64,000 bases of DNA from Vicugna vicugna (Eukaryota). Position numbers and translations under genes: made by a program. The stretch is taken from contig MU057597.1 of assembly GCA_013265495.1 (NCBI GenBank), positions 684,207 through 748,206 of the forward strand, read 5' to 3'. Below are positions 25,401-37,900 of this stretch, one piece after another (within the stretch, counting starts at the first letter, position 1; the number at the start of each line of letters is the position of its first letter). Under the pieces are notes generated by a model. That model saw only the letters and a list, made by a program, of their open reading frames with translations, searched no databases and had not been told where the DNA came from.

Positions 25401-28218
25401 GTCCCTTGCTCCACAAGTCTCCTGTGGTGAAAAACATTCCCCTAATTGACTACCACTGCTCTAAAACCCGTTAGAAAAAGGACACCTGTGAAGTAGGGGG
25501 GGGTATGGATGCTCTGCTTCCATATAAGTGAGAAAATTGAGGCTCCAAAGGCAGGAATAACTTGTCCAAGACTGCCTGGCTGGTAGGTGGTAGAAATGAA
25601 AACCCAAACTTGGTCCTCCGACTCCAGGCTGTTAATCCCTCCCGCCTGCTGGACGCTTTAGACTTGAGCTGCCCAGTGCAGCAGCCACTGGCCCCACAGG
25701 CTACTGAGCACTTGACACGTGCCTCGTGCAAATTAGGGACTGGATTTTCAATGTTCATTTTCATTAACTTTATTTAATGCATATGTAAATTGAAAAACTA
25801 ACACTTGCTTCTGTGATTGAAAACCTTGCAAGTAGTTGGGAAACAACTTGAGGATGTGAATCTACCTTTTCAACTCTCATTTTTGTGAACTCTAAATATG
25901 GATCAAGTACTTTCAGTGAAAATTTAGAATTTGAAATAAGATGTGCTGTAAGTGTAAGAGACACTGGACTTTGAAGACTTAGTACCAAAAAAAAGAATGA
26001 AATATAAAATAAACAAAATGTTCCTACTGGATAGCACAGGGAACTCTATTCAATATCTTGTAATAACCTATAATAAAAAATATGAAAAAGAATATATATG
26101 TATAACTGAATCACTATGCTGTTTTCCAGAAACTAACACAACATTATAAATCAACTATACTTCAAAACCAAAGCAAAATAAAATAAAAAGAATGTAAAAC
26201 ATCTAATTAATAATGTTCCATATTGATCACATGGTAAAAGGCTAATATTTTGGATATATTGGGTTAAATGAAATATTTTATTAAAATTGATTTCAGTTGA
26301 TTCTTTTTACTTTTTTTTTACTAGAAGATTACAAATGAAAAATGTGGCTCACATCCTATTTCTACTGTGCTAAATCAGCTTCCCAAATCATTATTTCTTT
26401 TGATGTTTCCAGAAACGGAGGCAGGCAGACATGGTACATTTTACAAATGGGGAAACTGAGACCCAGGTCCAGAGTCAATGACTCATCAAAGACCACATGA
26501 TGAATCTACGCAAGGGAGCAGATTAGGATCCCTGGGGTTGGATTCTAGATCCAATGCACTGAAGATGCCCTTGAAAGAGTGTGAGTTGAGAATCACTGGT
26601 GTTTTATTGTTGACAGGGTGACTCTCCACCCAACAGCTCACACCCGTTTCTTCCTCACCAACAATCCTGATTCTATTCAAGTGGTGGGTGTTCATCCCTT
26701 GAGTGCAGCGAAGCTGTCCCTTCAAAAGCCCTAGGGGATGAACTATGATCTTGCTCCACCAGTCACGGATGTGTGCCCCAGTCCTGGCCACTGAGTTACA
26801 CAGTTACGGACATTTACTGGGAGGGTTTTACTCCTGGATACAATGACAATGTCTTGAGGAAGAAAGCCCTTTGTCTGCCCTCTACCTTTTTTTTTCCCTG
26901 CTTGGAATTCACTTTTGTATGAGACAGTTTGGTTGCCATTTTGCAACCATGAGGTGACAAGTCTTAGGAAAACTGAAACATAGGAAGTTGGGGCTTTAAT
27001 GATGTCGTTAATCCGCCACATGAATTCTGCAACCACTCACCCCAAGACTTCTTGTTATAGGCAAACATTAAATAAATGCCCTTTCCGCTTGCTTTCCTTT
27101 CAGCCTGATACTTGTAACCTGAAGCATTGCCATGGATGCATGGCTTCTGGCTCACCTTTTCTTGGCGTTTCAGGGAAGACTTCCAGAAAGCATGCTGACT
27201 GGCTCCCCAGTGAGGACGGGCCACCAGATGGAGGGTCTGGAAGAGAAATTACAAATTACAAGCCAGCTGACATCACAGTGGTAACTTAAAATCAGCCATG
27301 CTAGGAGTACTGACACCACAAACTTGCATTCTTTGAAACATCTTTTATACCTGTGCATCTGGCACGTTTTTAAATTCAATACCTATTTATTGAACATCTT
27401 CTATTCTTTCATGAATTCCCCCCCAAAATCTTAATTAAGTACTTAAGTATGAAAAGTGGGGTTTCCAAGCCAGCCAGGGTAGTTGAGGGTGAAGAGCAGG
27501 AGGAGGAGGGAAAAAATGAGGAAAGAATTCACGGTGGGGGGAGGGTACAGCTCAGTGGTAGAGTGTGTGCTTAGCATACACGAGGTCCTGGGTTCAATTC
27601 CAAGTACCTCCATTAAATAAATACATACATACATAAACCTAATTACCCTCCCCCCAAAATAAAACAACAAAAAAGATAATAAAAATAAAATAGTTGGGAA
27701 AAAAAACTGGAGAAGGTAGTGCCTTCAAGTTTCTGATAGGCGAATAAGAATTTTCCTGGCAGAGAAAACAGAGGGAGGGCTGCCCAGATAGAGCAGCATG
27801 AACAAAGGCCGGGGTGGGAGGGGGTGGGGGTGGGGGTGAGTTCGAGGCAGGTCTTGTGAGCTCAGCGATCATCAGGAAGCAGAAGGGACCTGGGGGGCTG
27901 CCGCCTTGGCCGTCCCATCACCTCCTTACCCCTCACCAGGTCCTCTCTCTGTCCTCTCTCCCACAGGTCCTTCCGGTTGATCCGCTCGAAGATGCTCAGG
28001 GTCAGCAGCCAGGCCTGCCGGACCCCGCAGTGTGCAGCGAGCAGCTGGGCCATCTCCAGGGGACCCGCGGGCTCCATCCGCCCCCAGGGGATCCTGCCCT
28101 CCCCGATCCCTGCCGCAGTCCCCAGGTATAACTTGAACTTCTTCAGCTCCGCAGCCTCCAGTTCCTCCAAGTAGGCGCAGAGGCGACAGAGGCCGTTCCT
28201 GAGCGGCGTTGCGGGCAT
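10979..28218 (-). CDS. NLRP12: NLRP12, complete 10-exon CDS (PYD-NACHT-LRR), 3177 nt / 1058 aa
   Basis: complement(join(10979..11066,11841..12011,14039..14209,16865..17035,18048..18218,19306..19476,20444..20614,21564..23256,27156..27236,27930..28218)). All introns are GT-AG, the phases are consistent, there are no internal stops, and the protein ends KPYLDIGC. Confidence 0.95.
11841..12011 (-). CDS. NLRP12: NLRP12 exon 9 (171-nt LRR)
   Basis: [18 protein letters not shown]...[10 protein letters not shown], flanked by AG/GT. Confidence 0.93.
14039..14209 (-). CDS. NLRP12: NLRP12 exon 8 (171-nt LRR)
   Basis: [14 protein letters not shown]...[10 protein letters not shown], flanked by AG/GT. 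Confidence 0.93.
16865..17035 (-). CDS. NLRP12: NLRP12 exon 7 (171-nt LRR)
   Basis: [14 protein letters not shown]...[10 protein letters not shown], flanked by AG/GT. Confidence 0.93.
18048..18218 (-). CDS. NLRP12: NLRP12 exon 6 (171-nt LRR)
   Basis: [14 protein letters not shown]...[10 protein letters not shown], flanked by AG/GT. Confidence 0.93.
18878..19050 (+). mobile_element. tRNA-Ala-derived SINE (camelid Vic-1-like), representative copy
   Basis: GGGGAGAGGGTATGGCTCAGTGGTAGAGCACATGCTTAGCATGCAGGAGGTCCTGGGTTCAATCCCCAGTAC plus a (TAAA)n tail. About 18 similar copies occur near 200, 1705, 5650, 6500, 7880, 11170, 11410, 18760, 19740, 20790, 21010, 27536, 29480, 30680, 36170, 37620 and 60016. 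Confidence 0.85.
19306..19476 (-). CDS. NLRP12: NLRP12 exon 5 (171-nt LRR)
   Basis: [18 protein letters not shown]...HPKCRLQML, flanked by AG/GT. Confidence 0.93.
20444..20614 (-). CDS. NLRP12: NLRP12 exon 4 (171-nt LRR)
   Basis: [18 protein letters not shown]...HPNCKLQNL, flanked by AG/GT. Confidence 0.92.
21564..23256 (-). CDS. NLRP12: NLRP12 exon 3 (FISNA + NACHT)
   Basis: Lies within the 584-aa ORF. Walker A GAPGMGKS, Walker [11 protein letters not shown], and the [12 protein letters not shown] motif are present. Confidence 0.96.
23371..24295 (+). mobile_element. Nested ERV LTR fragments in NLRP12 intron 2 (antisense to the gene)
   Basis: LTR-like segments ending ...TTGGACTCGGCAACA and ...GCAATAAAGCTGCCTC...; boundaries approximate. 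Confidence 0.55.
27156..27236 (-). CDS. NLRP12: NLRP12 exon 2 (81-nt linker)
   Basis: [27 protein letters not shown] between ccag and gtgag. Phase 1-1 bridges exons 1 and 3. Confidence 0.88.
27930..28218 (-). CDS. NLRP12: NLRP12 exon 1 (pyrin domain)
   Basis: [32 protein letters not shown]...[17 protein letters not shown], followed by a GTAAGG donor. Confidence 0.95.
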
Positions 28219-28379
28219 GAGGGCGTCGCGGACGCGGAGGAGAGAGGCTGGAGGCTGGGATGTTTCTCTCCCCGGGACGGGCGATGCCACATGCTCACCG
28301 CGGACCATCGCAGGCAGAGGCATGAAAGAGAGGAAAGGCTTCTGTTGAAATAGTGCTTCCTCCCCTTTCAGTTCCCGCC

Positions 28380-28480
28380 TGCCCTGCCCACGCTCACCAA
28401 CGGGCCACTCTGAAGAAGAGGAAGTTGGGAGCGATTGGGAAATCGCAGGGGGCATTCGACTGGTCAGACTTCCTTTCTGT
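28380..28480 (-). promoter_or_regulatory. Probable NLRP12 proximal promoter with ETS/PU.1-like sites
   Basis: AAGAGGAAGT at 28416-28425 and ACTTCCTTTC at 28468, with a C/EBP-like ATTGGGAAAT at 28434. No TATA box seen. Consistent with myeloid expression, but motif matches only. Confidence 0.4.
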
Positions 28481-31400
28481 TCCCTCGGACCCGCTCCCTT
28501 GACCACTCACTCACTCTCTTTCCTTGGTCATCGCTCCTTTTTCCTGGCCTCCCCGTGTCTGCGGTAGATAACTGTCAGAATAGTTACTGCACGACCCCCT
28601 CCCCCCACCGTGGGAGAATTAGACCTCCTTTCCTTGGGTATCAGACTGGGATGAGTTACCGCCATTAGCCAATCGAATGGGAGCCAACGGTATTGTGAAA
28701 TGTGGGCCAAAATGAGCAAATTTCTCTTCCAGATATTTTCTCTTATAGATGAGGAGATAGAAGCCCAGAGAGGCACATGGATTCTCCAACATCACACAGC
28801 TAAACAAGAACAGAGCTAGACACTGGATCTCCTTCAGCCCACCAGGCTGCCCTCTGGTGAATTAAAAGGACGATCTGGAGAAGGATGCTCCCCAAATGCT
28901 TATCAGTTGTTCCTGCTGGGGCGAGATTTAGGTGGGGTAGGGAGAAAGGAAGGATTTTATAACTGTGTAGTGTTTAAATTTTGTAAAATAAGTATGAAAA
29001 ACTTTTATAAGTAAAGTTTACAAAATCATACATGAATACACTCATATTAATATTTTAGATTAGAGCCCACTCTAATGACCTCACTTAACCTTAATTATCT
29101 CTTTAAGGCCCCATCACCAAATGCAGTCACATTCTGATGTTGTGGGGTTAGGATTTCAACATGTGAATTAAGAACAGGGAGACACATTTAACCTGTAAGA
29201 GCTGTGGCCATCATTTGCTTCCCAGCAGCTAAAGCAGTGTCTGGAATACAGTACGTGCTCAATTATATTAGATGAGATATTTAATGAATGAATCACATGT
29301 ACATGTAACATTTATGTGACCCAAGAGGAATATTTTTTTTTATTTATACCAGAAATTATCAAAAGGAGTGCCCAGTATCTCTTTGGGGAAAATTTTTTTT
29401 TTGTTGTTAAAATACTTGAAATGAAAAAATTAGACTTTAACATTTTATTTACTTATTTTGTTTATGGGTTGTTTTTTTGGGGGGGTGCTTTTTTTGGGGG
29501 TAGTAATTAGGTGTATTATTTATTTGTTTAGATGGAGGTTCTGGGGATTGGACCCAGGACTTCATGCATGCTGAGCTATACTCTCCCCCAAGAAATTAGG
29601 CTTTAAAGGTATGTCTCATCTATGAGTGGTGCTGACTGGATCATTATGCATGAGAAAGGAAATACACAGAGAGAAATTGGGAAGAGGAAAGAGAAGAGAG
29701 TGGGGAGGGGAAGGGGGTCAAAGGATTCTGTGAGATGAGAATACTTTCCCTTGATCCGATCTCTCACTTTCATATGAAAATCATGAAATGATTGATGTAG
29801 GAGGATGTCTTATGGAAAGTTGTGAAGGATTTTTTAAATTGTTATTATTGGCCTTGTTTGATTAGGGGTATAAAACGGTTGGCAGAAGCAGGAGACAGAG
29901 CAAAGCATGAACATGTTATTTCACCAGAATTCATATAAATGGTGGCTCCTGTGGGTAGCAGGGAGCCCGTGGATGTTTCTGAGCACGGAAACAACGTGAA
30001 GAAAGTGTTTTGGGAGATGACTGAGGTTCTGCTGTCTTTCCAGGGACAGTGGTGCAACGCGGACATCTGCCAGCCTTGACACATCCCTCTCCCCGCCCAC
30101 CCCAGTGCCTCAGCACTTTGCTGGCTTGTGAGTCTAGAAAAGTCACCTAACCTTCCTTCTGAACCTCTAAGGGCTTGGCAAAATAGTGAAGAAACAGGAC
30201 ACAGCGTAAGTCCTTACACAATCTGTGTAAACTGGGAATTTCAGAAATGAGGTGTTTGGCTCTGACCCTTAAATGTGACATACTTTATTTTTAGTTGAAG
30301 TATAGTCAGTTACAATGTGTCAATTTCTGGTGAACAGCATAACGTCCCAGTCATGCAGATACATACATATATTCGTTTTCATAAATGTGACATACTTTAA
30401 TTTTCTTTTTAAAAATTTTTTAATTAAAAATTTTTTTTAACTTTAATTAAAAAAATTTTTTTAATATACTTTAATTTTCTACTCTCATTTCCCTCTTTCC
30501 TCAACCACCATCGCCTCTGGAAGTCTACGTATTCAATTGCTATTGCTGCTGGAAGACAGGTGAGGACAGATACCCTGGAGGGAAAGGGAGGGATCTGTGA
30601 GGGGCAGTAATGTTTTCTGGACTCAGAATACAGCTGGATTCATATATAAAGAACCTAGCTGTAGACGTTAAGGAGCCGGCGGGGAGGGTGTGGCTCAGTG
30701 GTAGAGCTCACTTAGCAATCATGAGATCCTGGGTTCAATCCCCAGTGTCTCCATTAAGTAAATAAATAAACCTAAGTCCCCCCAATAAAAAAAAATTTTT
30801 TTATTTTTGAAGAAGTTAAGGAATGGAACTGGGGTTACTGATCATTTCTGGGTACAATCTCAAAATCATGTCCCCAGTCAGTGTTTCTCCAACTCAAATG
30901 TGCCTGTCAATCACTGGGAGATCTTACTGAAATAAAGACTGATGCAGTGGGTCTGAGGTCCTGCATTTCTAACAGGCTCTCAGGTGGTGCGGCTAGTCCA
31001 AGTTCTTTGCGAGGAGCCAAATTTCTGTAAAGGACAACCCTCATGAAATGTCTTCAGAAGGTCTCAGTAGAGAGCAGATGTGAAGAAATAAATAAAAGGG
31101 ATTTATATGAATGAAAAAAAAATGTGGGGTAACTTTTGGACTTTCTAAGTCCTTGGAGTTGAGAGTTTCAGACGTCAAAGGTGCCTGAGCTGCTCTCTGG
31201 GTGACATTCATTTAAGCAATTATTCAGCACCGTGTGCTGCTCTTCATGGTGCCAGAGACAGTCCTTAAAGGATGAACAAATTCTCTGCCTTTATGTGTTT
31301 TGTTATCTAGTAGAGATGACAGACAGACACAAATCAACAAATACATAGGCTTTTGTGTTTCAGATCATGACACATACTATGATGAGAAAAAATACAGGGT

Positions 31401-32094
31401 AGAGAGTTGAGGAAGATTTGCAGAGGGCGTGATGCATGAAGGGAGTCTTGAAGGATGAGAATACTTTATCAGAGGAGGGGCGACCGCCTGTGCAGGTCAC
31501 GGGACTGGGTTGACAAGGTGGGGGGTGGGGGAACTGCTGAAAGTTCAGATGCGTCTGGATTATAGAAGGGGAGTAGGAAGATATCAGGAGATGAAGTCTG
31601 TGATGTAGTCAGGAGACATTTTGGACACCTTCCATGATGCTTGGACTTTATCCCAAGAGCAATGGGGAGCCATGGAGTGTTTATTCGTAAGTGCAGTAAA
31701 ATACACAGTCTGTGAAATTCACCATTTTAACTACTGTAAAGTGTACAACTCAGGGACATTAAATCTATTGGCTATGCTTGCAGTCATCACCACTATACAT
31801 TTCTAGAACTTTCTCATCACCCCAAAAGGAAGCCCCATACCCATCAACAGTCACTTCCTATTTCCCAGTCCCCCAGTCCCCTGGGATACCTCCAATCTAC
31901 ATTCTCTCTCTATAGATTTGCCTATTCTGGATATTTCATATAAATGGAATAATTCAGTAGGTGAATTTTGTGTCTGGCCTTTCTACTTAGCTTCATGTTT
32001 TCAAGGCTCATTCTTCTTACAGCATCTGTCAGTACTTCACTCCTTATTATGGCTGAGTTATGCTCCATTGTAGAGTATGCAATGGTTTTGAGCC

Positions 32095-32755
32095 GGGGAA
32101 GGAAGGAGTCAGATTTGCCTTAAGAAAGATGCTTCAGGGCATGTATCCAGAGGAAACTCTAATTCCAAAATATACAGGCACCCCAGTGTTCATAGCAGCA
32201 CTATATACAATAACCAAGACATGGAAGCATCCTAAATGTCCATCAACAGATGACTGGATAAAGAAGATGTGGTATATATACAATGGAATATTACTCAGCC
32301 ATAAAAAGAATAAAATAATGCCATTTGCTGCAATATGGATAGACCTGAAGATGGTCATACTAAGTGAGGTAAGCCAGAAAGAGAAAGAAAAATACCATAT
32401 GATATCACTTATATGTGGAGTCTTAAAAAAAAAAAAGACACAGACTTATTTATAAAACAGAAACAGAAAACAAACTAATGGTTACCAGGGAAAAAAGGGA
32501 GTGGGCAGGGATAAATTGAGAGTTCGAGATTTGCAGATACTAACCTATAAAAGTAGATAAAACAACCAGGTCCTGCTGTAAGCACAGGGAATTACATTTA
32601 ATACTTTGTAGTGGCCTATAATGAAAAAGAATATGAAAAGGAATATATTAATGTATATATATATGTGTGTAAATGAATCACTATGCTATACACCAGAAAT
32701 TAACACATTATAAATTGACTCTACTTCAATTAAAAAATTAATTAATTATTTTAAA
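32095..32755 (+). mobile_element. 5'-truncated LINE-1 (ORF2 C-terminus and 3' UTR)
   Basis: Encodes the L1 ORF2 tail (FIAALYTITKTWKHPKCPSTDDWIKKMWYI) followed by an A-rich tail. Related L1 3' fragments occur at ~2210, 4190, 13330, 14880, 17110, 26010, 33510, 49060 and 51610. Confidence 0.85.
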
Positions 32756-33850
32756 ACAGAGGATGAACCAAAGGAGGAAGGTGGTGGCAGAGGATGAACC
32801 AAAGGAGGAAGCCGGGAGCCACGGGTTAAGGGATCTGAGCTGGGACAGTGGATGTGTTTGAGGGATATGGGGATGAGCAGCAAAAATTCTCAGGCAAGGG
32901 CTGAGGAAGAAGATGTTGCTAATCTGAATTTTCTAGGGGTTAAAGCTGAGCTTCCCCCAGTGATTCATTCATGATCTGAACTCCTTCCCCACGGTGTCCC
33001 CGGAGGGAAAAGGCACATTTCCAGGAATTCAGAGGGGAGGACGGAGGGAAGCTGAACTCATAGGTCACTCCTACATCCTCTTTCAAGAAAGCCCTTCTTT
33101 CTCGTGGGAAGAAAGAGAACTGTCAATTTCTGGGACCTTCTGTAGTGGTCGTTTCTGGAAATACAGGAGTGAATCCATCTCCACCCGATTTCAAGGGCCT
33201 CAGAGTCTAAAGACACAGAGGGACAATTTTTCAAGAAAGCCAGTTCAGGAAACACAGAATATGCTTCCTGAGACTTCTTTTTTTCCCTCACCAAGAAAAT
33301 ATAATTTCATGCTTAAAAAAAAAAGCCATATCTTTATTGTAAAACTGTCCACGGCATTAATAAGTGGACAAAATAGAAAGAGGTTAAGGAATTTTTTTAT
33401 TTTGTAATGACAGGCCTTGGGATTGGTGTCAAGGATTGTGTATGTTTGGAAGAGAATTTTGACGAATAGTTTGGAAGACGGAGAAGAGTTTTGAGTTAAA
33501 AGGAGGGAAGATAGCAAGGTCCTACTGTAGAGCACAGGGAACTACATTCAATACCTTGTAATGGCCTATAATGAAAAAGAATAGGAAAAGGAATATATAT
33601 ATATATATATATCAGAATCACTAATGCTGTACACCAGAAATTAGCACATTGTAAACTGACTGTACTTCAATAATAATATAAAAAAAATCCATAAACTGGA
33701 TCATCATTTTTAAAAAATAAGTTAAAAGGAGGAAAAAAGCAGCTCTTTATGATTTGGGTAAAAAAAAAAAAATACGGGTTTGCTCCTTCAAGGGACAGTA
33801 TATTAAATAGTCAAAGCTCTTCTTGCTGAAAGAGATAGAAAAGGAAGTAA

Positions 33851-34494
33851 TGTTAGAGCAGGCAGAGAGCTAGATATGAGCAGAGAAAGGGGGACACAGA
33901 CCAAGCGGCAGGAACTGGGCAGAAAGGAGGGGCACAAGCGAAATGCAGGAAACCACGCATCATGTAAACATCAGGGCCCCTGGGCACAGAAACAAAAGCA
34001 GGAACCTTTGGACTGATAAGGGGCCACACATTTTGGCCTGGAGACCAACAAAGAAAGGTGAGAAAAGGCAGGAATTTCCAGTGTCCGAATGTAACCTTTT
34101 GCTCATTAAGCCCTCATTTCAGTAAAATCAGCCTTGCAGATCAGAAGTACGCCACATGTACCGACGCCATGACACTTCCGATCCTGACTAAATAAGGACA
34201 AAAATCCCTCCTCCCTTTGGGAAGGTGGAGTTGGGATGATAATCAGGGAATACGACCCCAAGCCCTTCCCTCCCCAGTGAATATTCCGCCCATTCGTTTT
34301 TACACCCCCTGTAGCTAACTTGCCAAAGAAACACAGGGCAGCTGCTCACCTGAGCTGCCCGCTCTCTCTCCCTGAGAGTGGACTGTCCATCCTTTAATAA
34401 ATCCTTCACTTTTTTTTAACCTTTCCCTGTTGTCTCTGAATTCTTTCTGGGACGGGACAAGGACCTGGAACACCGGTTGCATCCACGGGCAACA
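33851..34494 (+). mobile_element. Solo ERV LTR (class I-like, 4-bp TSD)
   Basis: TGTTAG...GGCAACA termini, GTAA duplicated at 33847-33850 and 34495-34498, and AATAAA at 34396. Confidence 0.85.
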
Positions 34495-34609
34495 GTAACA
34501 TCGCACTTTATAAGCACTGCATTGTAAGTGGAAAATACTATGTCTTCAATAAAATGGTATTTAAAATTGGCCAAAAATACAAAAAACAAAGCAAAAAAAC
34601 AATAAAAAA

Positions 34610-34930
34610 AAAAGGCCGCCTCAGCTCTATCTAAAGGGTCCCGGGATGGGCCCGCTGTGGCGGTGGGGGCAACGAGGAGGGGACCCGCCGGAAAGGCCTT
34701 TCACCCTAGCTTCTTGCCCGCGCCCCAGAGCCTCAGCGCCGAATCGCAGAGCTGGGTAACCGAGACCCGGGTCCCGCGACCGGCCGGGACGCCCCAGCTT
34801 GCAGGCGGCTGGAGATGCCCAGCTGCTCGGGAGGGCGGGGCGCACCCGGGGCTCCCGTGTCCCGGCCTTAGGCTCTAAGTGCTGAGAACAGGGGGTGTTG
34901 GGGTCGTGCCTGGGGATACGGGAGGTGATG
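34610..34930. other. Small GC/CpG-rich island
   Basis: Dense CpGs and a GGGCGGGGCG GC box in otherwise AT-rich repeat DNA. No credible ORF. Confidence 0.5.
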
Positions 34931-37900
34931 CTGGCTCGGGTTTGCCTGCGGGGGAATGTGAAGAACCCTCCCAAAGGAGGACTGTACTCCTCAGACCCAG
35001 GGCACCAGTGGCCTGGCCAGCAGACTTCTCGGAGAGACCGCCACCAAGGACTGAATCATCAATTTACTTGTCGCCGTTTTTAACATTCTTATTCGTCCTA
35101 TCAACGCTGATCAGCGCTTTTGTTTTCCTTTAACTACCTCCCAAACCGTTGAATATATTTGTTACCAAGGCAAACTTGGGTCCCCTTGCCTGGACTCAGT
35201 AAAGCCAATCTACAATTTCATTTATAGATTATATTTATACAGGGACCAATTTCACATACATATTATATTTTTAGTATATAATTATAATTTTATATATAAA
35301 TACAAAGTAATTATGTTGTACATAATTTTACTTTATATATAACATGTATGTATACATATCTTTTTAATGGAGATACTGGGAATTGAACCCAGGACCTCGT
35401 GTTTTAAGGTCCTCATGCAATTAACTTCTTCCATCTGGTGGGGGTTTTAGTATCTGCAAAACAATTCAGGAATGAGCATCAGACACTCTTATCTATATCC
35501 TCCAGGCAGGAACTAAGCATTCTGTGACTGCTATACAACTGATCTGTTCTTTAAATTGTCACCAGTTCTCCTGGTCCAACTGCTGTTTTTTGTTACTATA
35601 TGTGCATATTCTTGAGCCAGCCTTTTGTGACTCAGGGGAGACCTGTTTCTACAAACAAGAGGCAGGCAGAGGTCACTGGTACTGGTGGTGGAGGGGGTGG
35701 GGGCAGAGTCTGAAGGCCCCACAAGGTCTTGCTTGGTCCTGCTTGGTTTCCTATTTCCTATTTCCTAGTTCCTATTTTTTGCTATCTGCATCTCTGCCTT
35801 CCATTAAGTGTAACCTTTTCACTTTTCAAATTAAAAAACTCCATGCCACTCCTAAAACAAACAAAAAAAAGATGAGTGAATGAGGGAGTGAATAAATGAA
35901 TGAATGAATGAACTTTTGCCAGGCAGGGAGTACACTACTATACTATCTCACTGAATCTTTGATACAACCCTGAAGCAGGGTCTGTTGTACCCACAGTACA
36001 CGTGAGAAAATAGCCCCGTAGAGGTGATTTGCTGAGTAGCACATGGCCAAAGTATTAAGAGACGGATCCAAATCGAAATCAATCAAAGCTGATGCTTATA
36101 GTCACCCTTCTGGTTCTCAGCTGGAGGTGGAGATCATGATCATCAGGAAATATGTTTAAATTTCATGTCGGGGGGAGGGTATAGCCCAGTGCTAGAGCGT
36201 ATGCTTAGCATGCATGAGGTCCGGGGTTCAATTCCCAGTATCTCCAATAAAAGATAAAAACATTTAAAAAACTTATATGTATATACATGTTATATATAAA
36301 GTAAAATTATACACAACATATTTTGTATTTATATATAAAATTATAATTATATACTATAATTATAAAATATATAAATATAATATGTGTATGAAATTGGCCC
36401 CTGTAAAATACAATCTATAGCTGAATTATCCCATTCCTAACCCTCCTGAATCAGAATCTTTGTGGGGGAAACTGGGGGATGAGAGGCCATCAAAAACCAA
36501 GTTTCAAAAAAAAAAACAAAAAAAACCCCCAAGTTTCAAAAAATTCCCCAAGTGATTCTACTGAGAAACGCGTAATACTATAACGACACAGAGAAACTGT
36601 AATTTTTCTCACAGCAGAATTCCCTTTTTCTATCCAGAAGAGAACTGTTTCTGTTGAACACTTTGGAAAATCACTAAGGTGGAGATCTGGTCACAGCAAG
36701 CATTTTTCAGTGTGAAGTGTGCTTGTTTTCAGATAGAGGTAAATCGTTCAGGATAAAAGGGGATTTTAGAAGCAGCCACATGAGCAAGTCAGAGAGAAAA
36801 GAAATAAGTGTCAGGTACCTTGAAAAAAAAACTTTCGGTGGGTTTAAGGAGATGACTAAGAGGTATTTTAATTATTTTATGCTATGGTGTTTGATGAAAA
36901 CTCTCTGCCCCCACTCACCTCCATCATTCGTGTAACCTACGTTACTCACTAACCACTGTAAGCTGAACTTGCCTGTACAAGTTCAAGCTTTTAAACCCTT
37001 ATCAACTGCAAGGGCACTTACAGACCCACCAGACCACTCCTCCAATTTGAAAAAAGGGTAAACTGAGGACCCAAGAAGTGGTCGCCTGAAGACCGTCACA
37101 TAACACCCCAACTGCAACTACATCACGACTCCCACTGCCCAGGGCCCCAGCTCTCCCTGGGTCACAGACCTTCACTGGGCCTGCACACAGGGGTTGTGTA
37201 ACTTCCTCCACGGCTGTGTCCTCACTCTCTCTGACCGCAGACCCTGGCAGGAAGCCCCCAGCCTGGCTGGCCCCTCCCACTCTGGGTTTCAGGAACAATC
37301 AGAAAGATCCTAGCGCTCCAGGCCCCACTGTTCCTGCCCTGACCAACCAGGAAGACGTTTGCCATTGTGTCTTGTCTTTGCCCAGTTAGCCTACAATCAC
37401 CAGGAGAAAACCTGCAGGTGGACAAGGTCGCGTTTATTCCAGGAGAAGCAGGGTGAGTGGGGACAGGGGCTCTGGTACCTCCCACCTCCTCTCAAGCTTC
37501 AGGATCCCCAGACAACTGCTGTGTCTGGACCCCAGCCCGTTTAGGACTGGGACACCCTCTCCACCTTTTTTGGGGATTCCATGCCTTTTTTTTAATTTTT
37601 AAAAATTTATTCATTCGTTTTGGGAGGGGAGGTAATTAGATTATTTACTTATTTAAGTGGAGATGCTGGGGATTGAACTCAGAACCTGTGCACGCTCGGC
37701 ACACTCTGCCACTCAGCTATCCCCTCCCCCTCTCAGCTATCCCCTCCTGCCACAACGTTTTACTTTACTTTCCACAGCAGTTCTGCCCCTTTAGCTTGGC
37801 TTCCCCATTTCAGGCTATGTTCTGAGAATTTTCTTTTATATCTGTATTAGCAGAGAAATTTATGCTAAGCTGATGTAACCAAGAATCCACAAACCACAGT

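Noticed and set aside
27536..27612. tRNA-Ala-like sequences (many copies)
   Set aside because: All carry SINE bodies and A-rich tails and have degenerate stems. They are SINEs, not tRNA genes.
32757..32811. 24-bp direct repeat with a 7-bp spacer
   Set aside because: Only two copies: a simple local tandem duplication, not CRISPR-like.
37040..37125. CACCCCAACTGCAA resembling an NLRP LRR exon end (HPNC)
   Set aside because: No LRR frame or splice context; the surrounding sequence looks like a MIR remnant.
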